64,000 nt of DNA from an uncultured Bacteroidales bacterium (lineage in GTDB: Bacteria; Bacteroidota; Bacteroidia; Bacteroidales; UBA10428). Positions 1 through 10,600 of the stretch are shown here, piece after piece; the stretch's first letter is position 1; each line of letters starts with the position of its first letter. The stretch lies in contig CAZYDI010000006.1 in NCBI GenBank assembly GCA_964646255.1, positions 5,142-69,141 of the forward strand, in the 5' to 3' direction. The notes under the pieces are model-generated. The model saw only the letters and a program-made list of their open reading frames with translations, had not been told where the DNA came from and ran no database searches. The position numbers and the translations under genes are program-made.

Positions 1-545
1 CGGATGAGAGAAGGTCTCAGCCGATCAGCGATTCGTTTGCTCAGCAAAAACATAAAATAGGTGATCATACAAACGAAGGCAAATACCACGATGATTAGAA
101 TGGTATTTAAAAAGCTTTCACCTTCACCAACAAAGTTCATGGCTGTGGTTATTGTTCCGGGTCCGGCGAGCAACGGAATGCCCAGGGGTGATACAGCAAT
201 ATCGCTGTACGAAACTGATGCCGAAGAGGATTTATCCTTTGGCTTGTGAGCTCCTGCTGTTTTACCCTGTAATAGATCATACCCTATGAAGAATACAATG
301 ATCCCTCCTGCTATTTGAAATGCCGGCAGGGTTATGTTAAACAACTTGAAGATCAGATGCCCGAAAAGACTGAACACCAAAATGATGATAAATGCTACCG
401 TAACCGAGCGCAGCGCTACCTTTTTGATAACCCTTTTATCGGCTTCACCAACCATGGAAAGAAATACCGGGGTATTGCCAATGGGATTCAGAATGGCGAA
501 AAAGCCGATGAAAACGGTCGATAAAAACAGCAATAATTCGGGCAT
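1..545 (-). CDS. MarC family (UPF0056/NAAT) integral membrane protein, 3' end cut by window edge
   Basis: This minus-strand ORF starts at ATG 545..543 and stays open to position 1. It is missing from the ORF track because it has no in-window stop. It translates as MPELLLFLSTVFIGFFAILNPIGNTPVFLSMV...GIPLLAGPGTITTAM, which is typical of MarC-family proteins. Confidence 0.75.
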   Translation of the reverse strand, partial: MPELLLFLSTVFIGFFAILNPIGNTPVFLSMVGEADKRVIKKVALRSVTVAFIIILVFSLFGHLIFKLFNITLPAFQIAGGIIVFFIGYDLLQGKTAGAHKPKDKSSSASVSYSDIAVSPLGIPLLAGPGTITTAMNFVGEGESFLNTILIIVVFAFVCMITYFMFLLSKRIADRLRPSLI

Positions 546-573
546 GTTCAACTATGCATTTTCAATAAAGGTA

Positions 574-1635
574 TCAAAAATTTTTTGATCGCAAATACTG
601 AACAGGCCACTCTATGTCGATTCCCATCTCCCTTGCCGCTAATAAAGGGAAATACGGGTTCCTTAACATCTCCCTGGCCATAAAAACCAAATCTGCGCTG
701 CCTTCCGAAATGACCCGGTTGGCCAGTTCAGTTGTAGTAATAATGCCGACTGCCGCAGTGAGTATTCCTGTTTTTTTTATTTTTTCGGCAAGATGAACCT
801 GGTAGCCCGGGGATACAGGTATACTGGTTTTAATATTTCCACCCGATGAACAATCGATCAAATCAACCCCGTGTTCTTTAAGCACTCCGGCAAGCTGAAC
901 CGCATCGTCGGGTGAGAACCCGGTTTCACTCCACTCTGTAACCGATAACCTTACAAAAAGAGGTTTACTCACAGGCCATACTTCCCTTGCTGCATCAACT
1001 ACTTCAATAAGCAGCCTTATGCGGTTTTCAAATGAACCTCCGTATTCATCTGTTCTGAAGTTGCTGTTTGGTGAAAGGAACTCGTGTAACAGGTATCCGT
1101 GAGCGCCATGAATCTCAATGACATCAAAACCGGCCTGAAGCGCCCTTGTAGTAGCTTCCCTGAATTTTCCTACGATTTGCATAATACCGGTTCTATCCAA
1201 GGCTTCCGGTACTCTGTCATCAGGGTGAAAAGGCTTTCCCGACGGTCCAACGGTTTGCCATCCGCCTTTGCCGATGCTAATCTGGCGGCCTCCTTCCCAT
1301 GGTACTGCACAGGAGGCTTTCCTGCCGGCATGGGCCAGCTGAATACCTGCCAATGCTTTCACCGAATGGATATAAGCTACTATTTGTTGTAAAGCCTTAA
1401 TATGCGCATCCTTCCATATACCTGCATCAGCAGGTGAAATACGACCTTCAGGAGAAACGGCTGTTGCCTCCGTGAAAACAAGGGCAGCGCCACCAACAGC
1501 CCTGCTGCCCAAATGAACCAGGTGCCAGTCGTTCATGAATCCGTCGATTGAGGAATACTGGCACATGGGCGATACAACAAGGCGGTTTTTTAGCTCAGCA
1601 TCCTTGATGGTTAAGGGTGTGAAAATTCCCGGCAT
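574..1635 (-). CDS. namA: NADH:flavin oxidoreductase / NADPH dehydrogenase, Old Yellow Enzyme (YqjM/NamA-like)
   Basis: The 353-aa product carries PLTIKDAELKNRLVVSPMCQYSS, HLGSRAVGGAALVFTEATAVSPEGRI and IEIHGAHGYLLHEFLSP, all classical OYE motifs. Its start lies 12 nt downstream of the norB stop. Confidence 0.9.
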   Translation of the reverse strand: MPGIFTPLTIKDAELKNRLVVSPMCQYSSIDGFMNDWHLVHLGSRAVGGAALVFTEATAVSPEGRISPADAGIWKDAHIKALQQIVAYIHSVKALAGIQLAHAGRKASCAVPWEGGRQISIGKGGWQTVGPSGKPFHPDDRVPEALDRTGIMQIVGKFREATTRALQAGFDVIEIHGAHGYLLHEFLSPNSNFRTDEYGGSFENRIRLLIEVVDAAREVWPVSKPLFVRLSVTEWSETGFSPDDAVQLAGVLKEHGVDLIDCSSGGNIKTSIPVSPGYQVHLAEKIKKTGILTAAVGIITTTELANRVISEGSADLVFMAREMLRNPYFPLLAAREMGIDIEWPVQYLRSKNF

Positions 1636-1647
1636 ATGAAATTCATA

Positions 1648-3915
1648 TTATTCTTGTTTTAGATGCCTTGATACGCCTTTATCATCGGTATAGCTCCATC
1701 CGAAAGCCAGGCCAAAAACAAACCATACCAGGGCCAGGACACCAACAGCAAAAATAGTATCACCAATAACCCTTAGCCACTTAAATGTTAAAATATATGG
1801 CTCCTGCATAAATTCGGCAGAGCGTGCCCACCATAGCCCATGCTGCATGCTGGCGACAGCTTGTGCCAGTCCAACCGGCAAAACACTGATAATAACCATG
1901 GCAGTAAGTCCTATATTGATAGCCCAAAAAGCAAATTTTATCCACCTGTCCTTCCAGGGCCGTTCCTTATCAATGTCCCTGTGAACAAACAACATAAGTC
2001 CTATGCCAAGCATTCCATACACACCAAACAGGGCGGTATGGGCATGCACAGCTGTTGTATTCAATCCCTGCATATAGTACAATGCAATAGGGGGATTGAT
2101 TAAAAAGCCAAATATTCCGGCTCCGGTAAAATTCCAAAAGGCAACAGCAATGAAACTATATATAGGCCATTTATATGCCTGAATCCATGAACTGCTCCGG
2201 CTTAGCTTCAGGTTATCCCAGGCTTCAAAGCCCATCAACACCAGGGGAACAACTTCGAGAGCGCTGAAAGTTGCGCCAAGTGCTAAAACTGCGGTTGGTG
2301 TACCCGTAAAATACAGGTGATGAAAAGTCCCGAGGATGCCACCCGATAGGAATACAATGGTTGAAAAAAGCACGGCAATGGTAGCGGTCGTTGCTTTAAT
2401 AATGCGCATCCTTACAAAAAGAAAGGCGGTTATCACTGCAGCGAAAACCTCAAAGAAACCTTCAACCCATAAATGAACCACCCACCAACGCCAGTATTCG
2501 GCAATGGCCAGGTTAGTCTGCCTGCCCCACATGAGTCCGGCCATATAGAAAGCTGCAATGGCCACCGATGATATGAGGAAGAGCAAGAGCAAATTGCGGC
2601 TTTCCGACCTCTTAACCAGTGCAGGCCATATTGCCCTGCCCATAAGCACAAGCCAGAGAATTAACCCTACTATCAGGAATATTTGCCAGAATCTGCCAAG
2701 GTCAACGTATTCATATCCCTGGTGCCCGAACCAGAAGTTCTCAACCAGGCCCAGTTTCTGCATAACACCCATCCACTGACCCGCCAGGGAACCCACAACA
2801 ATGATTAGGAGGGCGATGAACAGAAAATTTACCCCAAAACGCTGGTATTTTGGCTCGTGGCCCGAAATGGCCGGAGCATAATATAAGCCTGTGGCCAGCC
2901 ATGATGTGGCAATCCAGAATATTGCAATTTGCACATGCCATGTACGTGAAATAGAGTAGGGGAGCCAGTTTGCCAGTGGTACACCGTAAAATGCCTGTCC
3001 TTCCACCGTGTAATGGGCTGTTATAACACCCATAATAACCTGGACAAGCAACAACAATGTAACGATCCAGAAGTATTTAACAATAGCTTTTTGAGACGGT
3101 GTTTGGGTTTCATTTTTAAAAGGCACAATTTCGGGTATTTCTTCACCTCCTTCACCCCTGCGTTTTGCATAATGCCAGATCATTAACCCAATGCCGGCCA
3201 GAAGCATAATAACGCTAAAGCCGGTCCATAACAACAATGAACCTGTAGGACGGTTGCCAACCAGTTCTTCGGGTGGCCAGTTGTTGGTATAGGTGATTTC
3301 CATATTGGGTCGTTCGGTTACACAGGCCCATGATGTCCAGAAAAAGAATGCGTTTAATTTTCTTACCCTCTCCGGGTCCTTAAGCGAGTTTTCAGGAATG
3401 CTGTAAGCCTCCCTGTCGGCTGCCATTGCGGGATTGTTGGTGAACAACCCTTCATAATAGGCACTGTTGCTTTTATAAGCTTCAGCCCTTTCGGGTGAAA
3501 TGGTAATCGTACGGTCCGGTTTAAATGTGTTGGTGCGCAATTCCCTTTGCAGTCGCGCCTGCAAAAATGCCTTTTGTTCTTCGCTCAGGGCCTCGTAATT
3601 GTTTTGGTATTCCTGCCTGGCATAATCGTTGAGCATAAAAACAGCTTCACGGTGAAGCCAGTCGGCACTCCAGTCTGGTGCCTGATAAGCCCCGTGACCC
3701 CATACGGTTCCCAGCTCCTGTCCGCCCAGCGATTGCCATACATTCTGGCCATCCTTGATGTCCTCGCCGCTTGCAATGATTGTTCCATCGGTTAGTTTTA
3801 TGCTGTCGGGTATTGGCGGAGCTTCACGGTATATTTCTCTGCCGTAATACAACAGTACGGCAAAGGAAACAATCATAACTGCCATGAAGCCAATCCAGAG
3901 CTTGCGTGTTTTCAT
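1648..3915 (-). CDS. norB: Quinol-dependent nitric oxide reductase (qNOR, NorZ/NorB large subunit)
   Basis: The 755-aa protein has one N-terminal TM helix and a roughly 200-aa periplasmic extension. A 12+ TM heme-copper-oxidase-like core with conserved His follows (HHLYF, HAHTALFG). The length and architecture fit single-subunit qNOR. Confidence 0.88.
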   Translation of the reverse strand: MKTRKLWIGFMAVMIVSFAVLLYYGREIYREAPPIPDSIKLTDGTIIASGEDIKDGQNVWQSLGGQELGTVWGHGAYQAPDWSADWLHREAVFMLNDYARQEYQNNYEALSEEQKAFLQARLQRELRTNTFKPDRTITISPERAEAYKSNSAYYEGLFTNNPAMAADREAYSIPENSLKDPERVRKLNAFFFWTSWACVTERPNMEITYTNNWPPEELVGNRPTGSLLLWTGFSVIMLLAGIGLMIWHYAKRRGEGGEEIPEIVPFKNETQTPSQKAIVKYFWIVTLLLLVQVIMGVITAHYTVEGQAFYGVPLANWLPYSISRTWHVQIAIFWIATSWLATGLYYAPAISGHEPKYQRFGVNFLFIALLIIVVGSLAGQWMGVMQKLGLVENFWFGHQGYEYVDLGRFWQIFLIVGLILWLVLMGRAIWPALVKRSESRNLLLLFLISSVAIAAFYMAGLMWGRQTNLAIAEYWRWWVVHLWVEGFFEVFAAVITAFLFVRMRIIKATTATIAVLFSTIVFLSGGILGTFHHLYFTGTPTAVLALGATFSALEVVPLVLMGFEAWDNLKLSRSSSWIQAYKWPIYSFIAVAFWNFTGAGIFGFLINPPIALYYMQGLNTTAVHAHTALFGVYGMLGIGLMLFVHRDIDKERPWKDRWIKFAFWAINIGLTAMVIISVLPVGLAQAVASMQHGLWWARSAEFMQEPYILTFKWLRVIGDTIFAVGVLALVWFVFGLAFGWSYTDDKGVSRHLKQE

Positions 3916-3969
3916 ATTGAATTGTTTTGGAATGGGTTAATGAGAAGTTAAATGAATCTTGGATAGTAA

Positions 3970-3977
3970 CAAACATA
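3970..3977 (-). promoter_or_regulatory. Candidate Bacteroidota -7 promoter box (TATGTTTG = TAnnTTTG) upstream of norB
   Basis: Plus-strand caaacata is the reverse complement of TATGTTTG. It lies 54 nt upstream of the norB ATG. Confidence 0.3.
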
Positions 3978-4175
3978 AGGTGGATATGTTCCCTAAGCGT
4001 GCATACAATACCTTCTCTGTCTGCAAGGTTTTCAGGCCTGCTCGCCGGGTAAACCGTGTAGCGTTTTTAAGTGATGTTCCTTAATTTTGGAAGAATGCCC
4101 TCTCCTGAAATGTACATGGCATATACAAGTACACCAATTGACTTTCACTTTTTGCGCCCCCGTTGGTCATTCGGA

Positions 4176-5501
4176 TTACTCAATATTTTTATCGTTGACG
4201 ATAACATTTTTAAAATTGAGACCCTGGATTAAATCCTTATTAACAGCATCGTTTTCAGCTTTAATAGTCAGATTCTCAAAGGTGAAATCAGACAATTCTA
4301 TATCGGGATTCGCCTCAATGGCGTAAAAATTGGTACAGGTAAAATCAATATTCTTCATGGTAACATTATGGCATGAAGATTTTATATTTTCAGTTCCGCC
4401 TTTTAAATCAAAAAACTGCTTCCAGGCATAAACATTAATAAACATGCGGGCATTCCCATGAATGTTTTCAAGTTTTACAAACGCATATTTCTGCGGGGTA
4501 TCCGGCCGCATTTTAAACCATAATAACCTTACCGCATTGTTAACATAGCAATTCCGCATAAGGACATTCCTGCTGTCTATTGATTCACTTCCAAACGTCA
4601 GCGCGGAATGACAAAAACCAAATGTGCAATTTTCTATTATTATATTCCTGTTCGGGCCGTTGTTTTCATCTTTATCAGCATTGGGACCTTTCCCCCCTTT
4701 AAGTGCAATGGCATCATCATTAACCGACATGGTGCAGCCCTTGATTAACACGTTTTTACAGGCATCAATATCAATAGCATCTGTGCTCGGGGCCTTAACC
4801 GGCTGATGAGGAGAAAATATATATAAATCTATCAGTTTTACGTTTTCACACTTATAGTAATGACTGGTCCAGAATCCGGAATTGATCAGCCGGACATCCT
4901 GCAATTGAACATCGTTGCTATGCTGAATAAAGATCAGCCTGGGCCGCGATACTTCAAGGTTTGTACAGGCAGGGTTTTCCTTTCGGCGATCCCAGAATGC
5001 TATCCAATATCTCAGCCCATTGCCGTTAATCGTTCCCTTCCCGGTAATGGTAAAACCATCAACGCCATAAGCATTAATTAAAGCAGGGAAATAATCAATA
5101 CTTTGGCCTTCCATTCTCGAAGGCATTATCGGATAATTCCCGATATCGTCCGAACCCCTTATTTCACCTCCGTCTTCTATGTGAAGATGGGTTTTAGGCT
5201 TAAAAAACAACGCCCCGCTCAAAAAAACACCTTCCGGAACAACCACAACACCACCGCCCTGTTTTGCGGCTTCATCAATGACTGCCTGAATAATCTGCGT
5301 TTGTAAGCGTACGCTGTCACTTTCCGCTCCGTAATCGGTAATAAGGAATTTTTTCCCTAAATCATTCACATCAATCTTGGCCGAATCACCAAACCAGCTG
5401 GCGATTAAGGATCCATCCGGAAAAAGATCGTTGCTCATGTGTTGAGCATGCAATGATGGTGTCATTGCTGAGATTAAGACAGCGATAAAAAACTTTTTCA
5501 T
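4176..5501 (-). CDS. Glycoside hydrolase family 28 (polygalacturonase/rhamnogalacturonase-like), secreted
   Basis: The 441-aa protein has a signal peptide (MKKFFIAVLISAMTPSLHA). It carries GH28-like beta-helix motifs: STDAIDID, NDDAIALKGG, CHSALTFGSE and WFKMR. Confidence 0.8.
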   Translation of the reverse strand: MKKFFIAVLISAMTPSLHAQHMSNDLFPDGSLIASWFGDSAKIDVNDLGKKFLITDYGAESDSVRLQTQIIQAVIDEAAKQGGGVVVVPEGVFLSGALFFKPKTHLHIEDGGEIRGSDDIGNYPIMPSRMEGQSIDYFPALINAYGVDGFTITGKGTINGNGLRYWIAFWDRRKENPACTNLEVSRPRLIFIQHSNDVQLQDVRLINSGFWTSHYYKCENVKLIDLYIFSPHQPVKAPSTDAIDIDACKNVLIKGCTMSVNDDAIALKGGKGPNADKDENNGPNRNIIIENCTFGFCHSALTFGSESIDSRNVLMRNCYVNNAVRLLWFKMRPDTPQKYAFVKLENIHGNARMFINVYAWKQFFDLKGGTENIKSSCHNVTMKNIDFTCTNFYAIEANPDIELSDFTFENLTIKAENDAVNKDLIQGLNFKNVIVNDKNIE

Positions 5502-5738
5502 GTTTTTTGCCTTTTAGTGATATAAAACTAATCCTTGGTCAACGCATGAAACCATGGTATTCCGAACCGTTCAACGGGTTCGAAGTTGCATTCAATTACC
5601 CAAAGATACTCAATAGATTAAAATACCGGTACCGGGATATCCGAATATATCCCATTTAGCGGTGGTGTGGAAATTTAAGCTAACCTTCGAAAGAGCATAA
5701 AGCCGGAAATGAACCATAACCGGTGGTAGGCTTCGTTT

Positions 5739-6170
5739 TTAACTGTCGGTTAAGCAAATATCAATATTTCTTAAATCAATTTCACTAACTCCAAGCCATT
5801 CCTTGGCAGCTGTAAGGGTTGAAAATACTTTATAATCAATACCCCTGTCATCCACTAACTGATACCAGGAAATTCCTGCAACCTGGGATGGTTTAGAGGT
5901 AATTACAGCTGTTTTTTTTCTTTTCGAAACTTGTTGTATTAATTTTATAGTTCCTAAATAATTCTCCAAATCATTTCTAATGTCCTTCGAGAATGCATTC
6001 TCAACATTTCTGATATCCAAAATAGAATTAGAATTTGGGTCAAAGTCAGGATCTTCGGATTCTCTTTTCTTAAGATTTATAAAGTCATTTATTTCAAAAT
6101 CTCCCCTCAAAATCTCTATAACAAGATTCTTATCCTTAAGGATGTAATAATTATAGACATTTTCATTCAT
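5739..6170 (-). CDS. Hypothetical protein (possible STAS/SpoIIAA-like fold)
   Basis: The ORF encodes 143 aa and is very AT-rich. The C-terminal F.T...A.EWLG pattern recalls STAS-like domains. I recognise no firm family. Confidence 0.45.
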   Translation of the reverse strand: MNENVYNYYILKDKNLVIEILRGDFEINDFINLKKRESEDPDFDPNSNSILDIRNVENAFSKDIRNDLENYLGTIKLIQQVSKRKKTAVITSKPSQVAGISWYQLVDDRGIDYKVFSTLTAAKEWLGVSEIDLRNIDICLTDS

Positions 6171-6651
6171 TATATATTACATTAACTTAAAGTACTAATC
6201 AATAGGCAAGTTAATAAAAATCATTGATCCATTTCTACTTTACCATAATTTTAACCATAACCGGCATTAAAAGTTTCAAATCTTTTCAAGTTCAATCTTA
6301 AGTTACAACGAAGCCTGTAAACCGACAGGGGAAAAGCCTGAAAACCTTGATATCATGCGCAAGATGGACTACCATGTTATAGCGCAACTGGTTTTATTTC
6401 GGAAAGTGTCGAAATAACTAAGAAATATCAAAACTGATATTTTCGCTATCGTCCTTTGGAGAGCTTGTACTGATTCATAAGGGCGACAGGGACATGTTGT
6501 TTCATTTCCGCTCAGGCTAATGCACATACAACAAGGCCTCCACACTTGCGCCAAACCAGCAAAGCAATCCACAACAAGCTGGTGTAAAAAGTCACAGAAC
6601 AAGCCGGCATCGAAGAATTAGAAGACCACCAGGAGACCTCTAAAACATGCA

Positions 6652-7152
6652 CTAAAATGTAAACTTGATACCCAACCCCGGATCTATGCCCACGTAAACA
6701 TCACCGTTACGGTAAACTTCAATCAGGGGCTTTAAATCCAGGCTTATGGCCAGCGGAATAGGAGGAATTTTATATTCGAGCCCAACAATACCATCAATGC
6801 CAATGGCGAAGTCTTCACCCCTGTTGTAATACCTGCCATGGTTCCTTACATCATTGGTAAGCAACGATAAATGGCCGCCCCCGCCGTAATACCAATTCAT
6901 CCCCTCGACATTGAAAGCAGGGGCATTTTTTTCCAGTAATGCGGTCAGATTTATCCAGTCGGTCCAGAATCCCGCAATAAGTTCTACATTCATGGCGTTA
7001 CGTACAGGAAACTTAAATGTGATCCCTGAGGTTTCACCGGCCCTTAATCCCACGGCATACCGGTAATCGGCATCGAAGGATTGTGCGTATGTTTTGGTGT
7101 GCATCACAAGCAGGAGAAGGCCTGCAGTAAGTGTTTCGGCTGTCATTTTCAT
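6652..7152 (-). CDS. Small outer-membrane beta-barrel (porin-family/OmpW-like) protein
   Basis: The 166-aa protein has a signal peptide. It shows alternating-hydrophobic beta-strand patterns, Gly/aromatic girdles and a C-terminal ...GLGIKFTF. Confidence 0.65.
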   Translation of the reverse strand: MKMTAETLTAGLLLLVMHTKTYAQSFDADYRYAVGLRAGETSGITFKFPVRNAMNVELIAGFWTDWINLTALLEKNAPAFNVEGMNWYYGGGGHLSLLTNDVRNHGRYYNRGEDFAIGIDGIVGLEYKIPPIPLAISLDLKPLIEVYRNGDVYVGIDPGLGIKFTF

Positions 7153-7322
7153 CGCTTTTACCTTTAACGTTTATCCGGCATGAAATTGCCTTTGCTAAAT
7201 TCATGCCCTTGCAGTTGTAAAACAGCACAATAATCAAATTGTTCTTTATCTGCAGAACATGAAGCTGCTGAACTTTCCGTATACATTTCTGTTGTATTAT
7301 CATCTATTTCAAATATTCCAAC

Positions 7323-7682
7323 ATGAAACTTTTCCAAATCAACTTGATTAATGCTTTGACATTAATAGTTATAGGCATTTGGGGATATTTTGCATCCTCC
7401 GACCCCTCATTTACAGCCCTAATACCGGTAGTGGCGGGTATCATTCTTTTGCTGTTTACCCCGGGAATCAGGAATGCTAACAAGATCATTGCACACATCG
7501 CTGTGCTGCTTACGCTCATAATTTTTGTTGCGTTACTGAAACCACTCTCAGGGGCAATATCAAGGAGTGATACCATGGCCATTGCACGCGTTTTGCTTAT
7601 GATGCTTACGTCATTGCTGGCGCTGGTATTATACATTAAAAACTTTGTTGACGTTAGAAGACAAAGGGTTAAAACACCATGA
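7323..7682 (+). CDS. Small 4-TM membrane protein, translationally coupled to ccsBA
   Basis: The 119-aa product has four hydrophobic segments. Its TGA stop overlaps the ccsBA ATG (ATGA at 7679..7682). Confidence 0.6.
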   Translation: MKLFQINLINALTLIVIGIWGYFASSDPSFTALIPVVAGIILLLFTPGIRNANKIIAHIAVLLTLIIFVALLKPLSGAISRSDTMAIARVLLMMLTSLLALVLYIKNFVDVRRQRVKTP

Positions 7683-10600
7683 AAATATCAACCAGAATCC
7701 TTGCTATACTCATTTCACCCCGGCTTATGGCCCTGGTTATGTTGTTATTTGCTGTATCTATCGCTGTTGCAACTTTTATTGAGAATGATTTCGGCAGCGA
7801 AACAGCAAGGGCGGAGGTGTATGATGCCTGGTGGTTTAACCTTCTGCTTTTTGCAGGTATCATAAACCTTTCTCTCACAATAATCCTTGGTAACCTATAC
7901 CGAAAGGGAAAACGCTCCGTTTTTGCCTTTCACTTTGCTTTTTTGCTTATTCTGCTGGGCGCAGCGATTACCCGCTTTTCCGGGTTTGAAGGATTGATGC
8001 ATATAAGGACAGGGGAGCAGTCTAATCACATTGTCAGCAGCGACAGGTATTTTACGTTTACAGCAGTAAACAACGGAGAAAGCATACGAACCAATAAAAG
8101 AATTTATTTTTCTGCTCTTTCCGGCAATCATTATAAAGTTTCGGTAAGAGCCGGCGATAAACTGGTTAAAGCAAAGATTCTGCAGTTTATTCCGAGCGCT
8201 GTAGAAAGCATAAATCCTGTCGAAGGCGGCGAGGCGGTTATGGAACTCATTATCTCAGGAGGCAAGGGCAGACAGTCCTTTATTTTCTCCGCTTCTCATC
8301 CACGGATGATTGACAGCGTGTTGTTTACCATAAATGATTCGGACAACGTAGATGGTGTTGATTTCAATATCAACGGAGATGGAATACGGTTCCGCTCACC
8401 TTTTACTGTTACGGTTATGAATATGGCAAGCCAGCAGTCAGAAGAACTGAATGGAGGATATTACCATGATTTGCATATGCGATCGCTTTATCATTTTGGC
8501 AACATATTGGCGGTTCCGCAGACATATTACCCTTCGGGCAGAATCGGCCTCGTTTCTTCCACTGACCCCGAAGCAGAAGGCTTACCGGGTGCACTGATGA
8601 TTAATGTAAACACCGGGAATGATTCAAAAACCATCCCTTATTTTGTTGTTGAAAATGCGGTTAACCAAACAGTTGAAGTAAATCTTAACAATGCGGTAAC
8701 CGCCTGGATTTCCGTTGGGCCCCGTATGATAACTTTGCCCTTTTCAATTCAACTTAAGGAATTCATACTTGACAGATATCCCGGCTCAAACAGTCCCTCG
8801 TCATTCGAAAGCAACATTGTACTCAATGATGAAAGGGCAGGCATTTCCAGGGATCACCGGGTGTATATGAACAACATTCTTAAGTACCAGGGATACCGTT
8901 TTTACCAGTCATCTTACGATACCGATGAGCAGGGAACCGTATTTTCGGTGAACCATGATTATGCAGGAACGTACGTTACTTACGCCGGTTATTTATTGCT
9001 GGCCATTGGCATAATACTGAGCCTTTTTAGCCGCAACAGCAGGTTTAAAAAATTATCAGGGGAGTTGACCAAAATCCGTTCTGCGGCTGTAAGCACAATG
9101 CTGGCTTTTTTTCTTGCATTGTCCGTTATCCCCCGGGCTGCATATGCACAGGGAGTTCCGGATAGTGTTAAGATCAATGAAAAAATAGCGGAACGCTTTG
9201 GAGAATTGCTTATTCAGGACCAGGGTGGGAGGGTAAAACCCATTAACACGCTTAGTTCGGAGCTTCTGAGAAAAGTAAGCGGTTCTACTTCCTATATGAA
9301 CCAGAACCCCGATCAGGTATTTCTCGGCATGATAACGTATCCTGAATACTGGCAAAAGCTTCCCATGATCAAAGCAAAGCATCCGCAGATTCACGAAATA
9401 CTTAAGACCGGTGAACCACGCATTGCTTTTATTGATGTGTTCGATTTAAACTCCGGGCACAACATATACCTGCTCAGTGAATACGTAAATGCGGCATACC
9501 AGAAAAAACCTGCAGAAAGAAACACGTTCGATACGGAAATAATACGGCTTGATGAACGGATAAACCTTTGCTTCCAGGTATACAACGGAAATCTTCTGAG
9601 AATTTTTCCCCGCCCCAATGATCCCGCCTTTACATGGTATTCACCAGTGGAATTGGCCGGCCAGTTTTCAGGAAGCGATTCTGTATTTGTGCATTCCATA
9701 CTTCCGCTTTTCTTGCAATCGTTATCGGGGAAAGCTACCGGTGAACCTGCTGTTTCACAGGAGGAGGCACTGGCTGCCATGCATAATTTCCAGGCAAAAT
9801 ATGGCAAAGAAATAATACCTCCCGCATATAAAGTGTCGCTCGAAATATTTTATAACCGAATTCAGGTATTCGACCGGCTGGGATCGGCCTACGGCCTTAC
9901 CGGTTTTATCCTGCTGTTGGTGGTATTTGTGACCATTTTTTTCCCATCATTTAAAACTAAACCATTTATCAGGATTGCGACCGGCTTCATGGTTGCATTT
10001 TTTGTTGTGCATATGGCCGGGCTTGTAACACGTTGGATAATATCAGGTCATGCTCCCTGGAGCAATGCGTATGAATCGATGGTTTATATTTCATTTGCAA
10101 CCGTTGCCGCAGGCCTGGCATTTGCCCGAAAATCAGCAATGGCACTGCCTGTTTCCGCACTTCTGGCATGGCTTATATTGTTTGTTGCCCATCTTAACTG
10201 GATGGATCCGCAAATAACCAACCTGGTGCCGGTATTGAAATCGTACTGGCTGCTTATCCACGTAGCCATTATTACTGCCAGTTATGGTTTCCTTGCTATG
10301 GGCGCCCTTATGGCATTGCTCAACCTGGTTCTAATGATAAGCCAAACCCGGTCGAATATACCGCAAACCGGTCGCATGATTAACGAACTTACCCTGGTTA
10401 TTGAAATGACGCTGATAATAGGGTTATACATGCTCACCATTGGAACATTCCTTGGAGGGGTGTGGGCAAACGAATCGTGGGGAAGATATTGGGGATGGGA
10501 TCCTAAAGAAACCTGGGCCCTGGTATCCATCCTGGTTTATGCTTTTGTTGCGCATATGCGGTTGATTCCGGGTTTAAAAGGAAATTATGTATTTAATATT

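Noticed and set aside
61-588. Three plus-strand ORFs (61-249, 315-524, 334-588) from the ORF track
   Set aside because: They are antisense shadows of the open-ended minus-strand MarC-family gene (1-545), whose translation shows clear family character. The plus-strand products have no recognisable features.
5561-5590. GGGTTCGAA segment resembling a tRNA T-loop
   Set aside because: The flanking bases do not form a T-stem, and no acceptor or anticodon arms can be drawn on either strand. It is only a short imperfect hairpin.
6369-6602. Cys-rich 77-aa minus-strand ORF in the gene-poor gap
   Set aside because: It has no recognisable family, no signal or TM logic and no promoter box. Its composition is consistent with chance. 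It is kept only as part of the unexplained-gap finding.
7034-7636. Minus-strand ORFs 7034-7303 and 7304-7636
   Set aside because: The first overlaps the start of the barrel gene and the divergent promoter region. The second is antisense to the 4-TM ORF that is ATGA-coupled to ccsBA. Neither has family features.
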